Of a stretch of 28,921 bases of DNA, positions 24,936-28,921 are shown one piece after another. Made by a program: the position numbers and the translations under genes. Origin of the DNA: an uncultured Nitrospiraceae bacterium (GTDB lineage Bacteria; Nitrospirota; Thermodesulfovibrionia; Thermodesulfovibrionales; Dissulfurispiraceae); the NCBI GenBank assembly GCA_947085205.1, contig CAMTVO010000039.1, forward strand, positions 1-28,921, written 5' to 3'. The notes under the pieces are model-generated. The model saw only the letters and a list, made by a program, of their open reading frames with translations. It made no database searches and had not been told where the DNA came from. Position 1 is the first letter of the stretch. Each line of letters starts with the position of its first letter.

Positions 24936-26231
24936 ATGTTTAGAAGAAAAAAGTGGCTGCTTATAACAATAATATTTTCCATCGCCTTAGTCGGCATAGT
25001 AGCAGGCAAATGGACAGTAGAAACCGTAAGCGCGCAGAACGGGTATGAAGAGCTCAGGACATTCACAGAGGTTCTTACCCTTATAAAGAAAAACTACGTC
25101 GACGAGGTAAAGACAAAAGACCTCGTAATCGGAGCCATAAAGGGGATGATTAACTCATTAGACCCCCACTCAAGCTATCTGACGCCTGAGGCATTAAAGG
25201 AGCTTCAGGTCGAGACAAAGGGCGAATTCGGCGGTCTCGGAATCCAGATAGGAATCAAAGACAATGTAATTACAGTCATAGCGCCTATAGATGATACGCC
25301 CGCATTTAAGGCAGGCATTAAGGCAGGCGACAAAATCCTCAAGATTTCCGGAGAATCAACAAAGAACATGGGACTTACGGATGCTGTCTCTAAGATGCGC
25401 GGACAGAAAGGCACATCCATTACATTGATGATTTTCAGGGAGGGATGGAAAGAAACAAAAGATTTCACCCTTGTCCGGGACATCATAAAGATAAAGAGCA
25501 TAAAGGCACAAATGCTTCCTGACAATATCGGATACATTAAACTCACTCAGTTTCAGGAGGCAACAGGGCATGACCTTGCTGCTGCTCTGGGCAGGTTAAA
25601 AAAAGAAGGTATGGAGTTATTAATCCTTGACATGAGGAATAACCCGGGCGGATTGCTGAACAGCGCTGTGGAAGTTGCAGAACAGTTTCTCCCGCCCAAA
25701 AAGCTTGTAGTGTATATAAAAAGCAGGTCGGAGGAAAAGACAGAGTATTATACAGAGGGAGAAACGGCTTATACGGACATCCCGATGGTTGTACTCGTTA
25801 ATCAGGGCAGCGCCAGCGCCTCCGAAATAGTTGCAGGCGCCTTGAAAGATTGGAACAGGGCCATAATCATCGGAGTGCAGACCTTTGGAAAAGGCTCTGT
25901 GCAGAGTCTTATTCCCTTAAGCGCCGGCTCCGGTTTGCGACTTACCACCGCAAAATACTATACACCGAAAGGCACAAGTATTCAGGGAGTCGGGATTACT
26001 CCTGATATAGTGGTAAAACTGGAGGCAAAAAACGGAAAGGAGCAGCATGTAGTTGTAAGGGAAAAAGACCTTGAGAGACACCTCAAAAACGAACAACAAA
26101 AAGAGGGTCCCGAAGAAAAGGAGAAAGCCCCTTTAGATGTGGAAGAAAAAGACGACATACAATTACAGAGGGCCATTGATACCCTTAAGACATGGAAGGT
26201 CTTTGAAAAGATGCTGAAAAAGGCAGCGTGA
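24936..26231 (+). CDS. ctpA: C-terminal processing peptidase, S41 family (CtpA)
   Basis: LDPHSSY, PDZ (GGLGIQI), DMRNNPGG, GSASASEI catalytic Ser, TFGKGSVQ catalytic Lys. Confidence 0.93.
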   Translation: MFRRKKWLLITIIFSIALVGIVAGKWTVETVSAQNGYEELRTFTEVLTLIKKNYVDEVKTKDLVIGAIKGMINSLDPHSSYLTPEALKELQVETKGEFGGLGIQIGIKDNVITVIAPIDDTPAFKAGIKAGDKILKISGESTKNMGLTDAVSKMRGQKGTSITLMIFREGWKETKDFTLVRDIIKIKSIKAQMLPDNIGYIKLTQFQEATGHDLAAALGRLKKEGMELLILDMRNNPGGLLNSAVEVAEQFLPPKKLVVYIKSRSEEKTEYYTEGETAYTDIPMVVLVNQGSASASEIVAGALKDWNRAIIIGVQTFGKGSVQSLIPLSAGSGLRLTTAKYYTPKGTSIQGVGITPDIVVKLEAKNGKEQHVVVREKDLERHLKNEQQKEGPEEKEKAPLDVEEKDDIQLQRAIDTLKTWKVFEKMLKKAA

Positions 26232-26950
26232 GCAGAATAATATTTGACATAGAAACTGTTGGTATGGATTTTGACTCCCTCGACCCTTCCACACAAGAAT
26301 ACCTGCTCAAATGGGCAGGGACAGAAGAGGAAGAGGAAAAGGTCAAGGAGAGTCTCTCCTTTTATCCCCTTACAGGCGAAATCGTCGCCATCGGGATGTT
26401 AAATCCCGACACAAATAAGGGCTTTGTCTATTTTCAGACACCGGGAGATATGCTCCTGCCATTCGAGGAAGACGATATCAGATACGAGTGCGGCACAGAG
26501 GCAGAGATTCTCCGGAAGTTTTGGAATACAATAAAGTCCTACGACCGATTCATCACCTTCAACGGCAGGGGATTTGATTGTCCTTTTATCATGATCCGTT
26601 CGGCAATAAACAAGATAAAGCCCGCAAAGGATTTAATGCCCAACAGATACAACGGCACACATATTGATTTGCTCGACCAATTGACATTCTACGGCGCTTC
26701 AAAAAGGAGGTTCAGCCTCGATATGTGGTGCAAGACCTTCAATATCAAAAGCCCGAAGTCCGCTAATGAATCAGGGGAAATAATAACCGGATACGAAATC
26801 AAAAACCTCTTTAAATCAGGCAGGTATGTGGATATTGCAAGATATTGCGCAGGAGACCTTAAGGCAACTAAGGAGTTATTCTCCATCTGGGAGAATTATA
26901 TAAAAGTAGGCGCAAACAATCCTAAATCTAACCAGCTATATACTGGTTAA
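26228..26950 (+). CDS. Stand-alone DEDDy 3'-5' exonuclease (PolB exonuclease-like, RNase H fold)
   Basis: ExoI FDIET, ExoII TFNGRGFD, ExoIII YCAGD; GTG start overlaps the ctpA stop (GTGA). Confidence 0.85.
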   Translation: MSRIIFDIETVGMDFDSLDPSTQEYLLKWAGTEEEEEKVKESLSFYPLTGEIVAIGMLNPDTNKGFVYFQTPGDMLLPFEEDDIRYECGTEAEILRKFWNTIKSYDRFITFNGRGFDCPFIMIRSAINKIKPAKDLMPNRYNGTHIDLLDQLTFYGASKRRFSLDMWCKTFNIKSPKSANESGEIITGYEIKNLFKSGRYVDIARYCAGDLKATKELFSIWENYIKVGANNPKSNQLYTG

Positions 26951-28049
26951 TTTTGCTTAATTCAAACCTCTCTGATACGAGGACCCTTCTAACAAACCTG
27001 AAGATTTTATTTCGGCCGTCCTCGCTCAAATCTGGATAAAAAACAGGATTGGCAACAACCGCTCCCCTGAAGGCAAAAAATGGCGCAAGGACTTCGAATA
27101 ATTCATCATCCTTTGTTGCTCTTACATACTCTTCAAAAAAGAGATTACTGCCCTCAAGGTATGCGCCTTTTACTTCTCCGTGATACATAATTGAGAAAAA
27201 GATGTAATTGATGCAAAGGGCTGTGACATCATCAGCAGGCTCGCCGTAAGGCCCTCGGCTCCGGTCGAGAAGCACAAAGTCAAGTTTGGAGTTTGGAGTT
27301 TGGAGTTCGAAGTTTTTTGAACTACTTCCCTGACTGCTGACCGCTGACTGCTGACCGCTGACTGCTTTAAACCATATATTTCCAGGATGAAAGTCTCCGT
27401 GAATCTGCGAGAGCCGGTGGGTTTTGGGTTTAAGCCTTGCCCTCCAGTCAACGCACAGCTTTTCTATTTCTGCTATTTCTTCATAGCTCAACACACCGTC
27501 AGGATATGTATCGAACACACCCATGAGACATTCTCCGTGTCCTACAATGTCCCTTATCTTTCTCCAGTATAATGAGCGGGAATCTTTTTTATTCGAATGA
27601 ATCTCTGAAAGATACGATGTCATTGCCTTTATCTTTTCTATGTCTTCGGAATCAAGTTTTTCTTTTTTGGAGAATTCTCTTAAATCATTAAAATAATCCC
27701 TTCCCTCAACCCGTTCCATTAATAGATAATATTCTTTGCCGCCGCCGATGGACTTTATAGAGCCGTCCTCCATCTCTGCCAGCACATCAACAGCCTTTGC
27801 ATGTTTTGGTAAATTGTTGTATTCCTCGAGGTCGAGGAGAAATACCTGCGCCCTGTCTGATGGATAATCATGCCCCAAACCTTCAGGGAAAAGTCCTTTT
27901 ATGACATAGGTGCTTAAGCCCTCTGGAGTTTGGATTTCTATCAGAAAACCTGCGCCGTGGACGCCTTCGCCGAGCTTGCGGATGTCAATAGCGGTGGCGT
28001 CTTTGAACCTGGTCCTCAGATAGAATTTTATCGCTTCTTCGTTAATCAT
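26928..28049 (-). CDS. APH/choline-kinase-like phosphotransferase
   Basis: LGEGVHG Gly-loop, VIK, LLMERVEG, Brenner motif HGDFHPGN, LLDRS; start at ATG 28049 (GGATGTG SD-like) or TTG 28061. Confidence 0.83.
   Translation of the reverse strand: MINEEAIKFYLRTRFKDATAIDIRKLGEGVHGAGFLIEIQTPEGLSTYVIKGLFPEGLGHDYPSDRAQVFLLDLEEYNNLPKHAKAVDVLAEMEDGSIKSIGGGKEYYLLMERVEGRDYFNDLREFSKKEKLDSEDIEKIKAMTSYLSEIHSNKKDSRSLYWRKIRDIVGHGECLMGVFDTYPDGVLSYEEIAEIEKLCVDWRARLKPKTHRLSQIHGDFHPGNIWFKAVSGQQSAVSSQGSSSKNFELQTPNSKLDFVLLDRSRGPYGEPADDVTALCINYIFFSIMYHGEVKGAYLEGSNLFFEEYVRATKDDELFEVLAPFFAFRGAVVANPVFYPDLSEDGRNKIFRFVRRVLVSERFELSKINQYIAG
27283..27364. repeat. Two in-frame heptamer arrays inside the phosphotransferase
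   Basis: AGTTTGG x3, AGTTCGA, AGTTTTT (27283-27317); CTGACTG CTGACCG CTGACTG CTGACCG CTGACTG (27330-27364). Confidence 0.92.
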
Positions 28050-28062
28050 AATCACATCCAAA

Positions 28063-28126
28063 CAGCGGATAGCATATAGCCATGTGGCTCATAGTTCTTA
28101 GTATTCTGTTATCTGCCATCTGCTGT
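28063..28126. repeat. Degenerate inverted heptamer arrays
   Basis: CAGCGGA TAGCATA TAGCCATG TGGCTCA TAGTTCT ... CTGTTAT CTGCCAT CTGCTGT. Confidence 0.7.
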
Positions 28127-28159
28127 CATATATCATAGAATCGCTTAGGTTAGGCCTGG

Positions 28160-28921
28160 TTATATCGCTTCCCCGAAATTATTTTCGTATCTTTTGACAA
28201 AATCATCATAACTGAAATAATGCTCCTGGGTTCCGTATTTCTCGACAGCGTATGCCGCTGCAACTGCCCCCATTTTGGCCGCAGTCTCCATATCCTTACC
28301 CATCGCAAGCCCCTTTAGCAATCCCGCCCTGTATGCATCGCCGGCGCCTGTCGGGTCTACGATATCAGAAATCTTAGCTATGGGTATCTGTGCATCTCCC
28401 TCAGAATTGCTGATAAGAGAGCCTTTCTCTCCGAGTGTTGTAATAATAGTCTTTGTGAGACATAGAAGTCCTTTTTTATCCATTCCTGTCATTTTCATAA
28501 CCAGCTCCAGTTCGTAATCGTTAGTGATTAGCATCATAGCGCCGTTAATCCAATCCCTGAGAGAATCTCCATCCCATTGGGTAAGCGATTGTCCGGGATC
28601 ACAGATATAATTGATGCCCTTGCTTTTGCATTCCTTTGCATACTCTTTCATATCCTGCAGATTTCCGGGGCCTATCAGGACTACAGAATTTGGGGATTCT
28701 GGATTTTTAAATTCATATCCCGAAGGATATTTCATTGCTCCTGGATTGAATCCCGTTATCTGGTTGTCTGCCTTATCTGTTGTTATGTAAGCTCCTGCCG
28801 TGAATTCTTCGTTAATTGTCTTGATTCCCTCAACAGAAATATTGTTCTTCTTCAGCCATTCAAAATACCTGTCATAGTCCTTGCCTATGGTTGCAATGAT
28901 TATGGGCTTTTCTCCAAGAAG
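28160..28921 (-). CDS. PfkB-family carbohydrate/nucleoside (adenosine-kinase-like) kinase, 5'-truncated by the window end
   Basis: Frame open to 28921 (LLGEKPIIIATIGKD...TTDKADNQITGFNPGAM); DPGQ, NDYE, TLGEKG, DPTGAGDAYRAG. Confidence 0.9.
   Translation of the reverse strand, partial: LLGEKPIIIATIGKDYDRYFEWLKKNNISVEGIKTINEEFTAGAYITTDKADNQITGFNPGAMKYPSGYEFKNPESPNSVVLIGPGNLQDMKEYAKECKSKGINYICDPGQSLTQWDGDSLRDWINGAMMLITNDYELELVMKMTGMDKKGLLCLTKTIITTLGEKGSLISNSEGDAQIPIAKISDIVDPTGAGDAYRAGLLKGLAMGKDMETAAKMGAVAAAYAVEKYGTQEHYFSYDDFVKRYENNFGEAI

Noticed and set aside
26928..28049. Aminoglycoside-resistance gene
   Set aside because: It has only the general APH-like kinase fold and sits beside a PfkB kinase in housekeeping context; a metabolic kinase is more plausible.

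Overview
A 28.9-kb bacterial contig segment. The gene content and repeat style suggest an anaerobic, sulfur-cycling Gram-negative organism, possibly Nitrospirota/Thermodesulfovibrionia-like; this is inference only. Bases 1-61 are Illumina adapter, not genome. Gene order: a 5'-truncated polysulfide/thiosulfate reductase operon (psrABC/phsABC-type), a small secreted protein that may end in selenocysteine (UGA-UAA followed by a SECIS-like hairpin), and a secreted CxxCH/triple-rhodanese protein; tolQRAB (no pal); heptose-7-phosphate kinase; a PP-loop tRNA-thiolase-like gene; hisA-hisF; a DUF3108-type gene; a dnaJ-hspR-clpB-hsp20 heat-shock operon with a HAIR-like operator; tRNA-Asn; an orphan gene; a DUF3373-type beta-barrel; split transketolase-ftsE-ftsX-envC-ctpA-exonuclease; an APH-family phosphotransferase; and a partial PfkB kinase. 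Two signals stand out. The first is a candidate periplasmic Se/S-carrier plus heme-rhodanese relay attached to the reductase. The second is about ten 7/8-mer tandem arrays with mostly different motifs, often in inverted pairs, several of which are translated in frame inside housekeeping proteins and signal peptides. All family calls come from motif recognition; no database searches were run.
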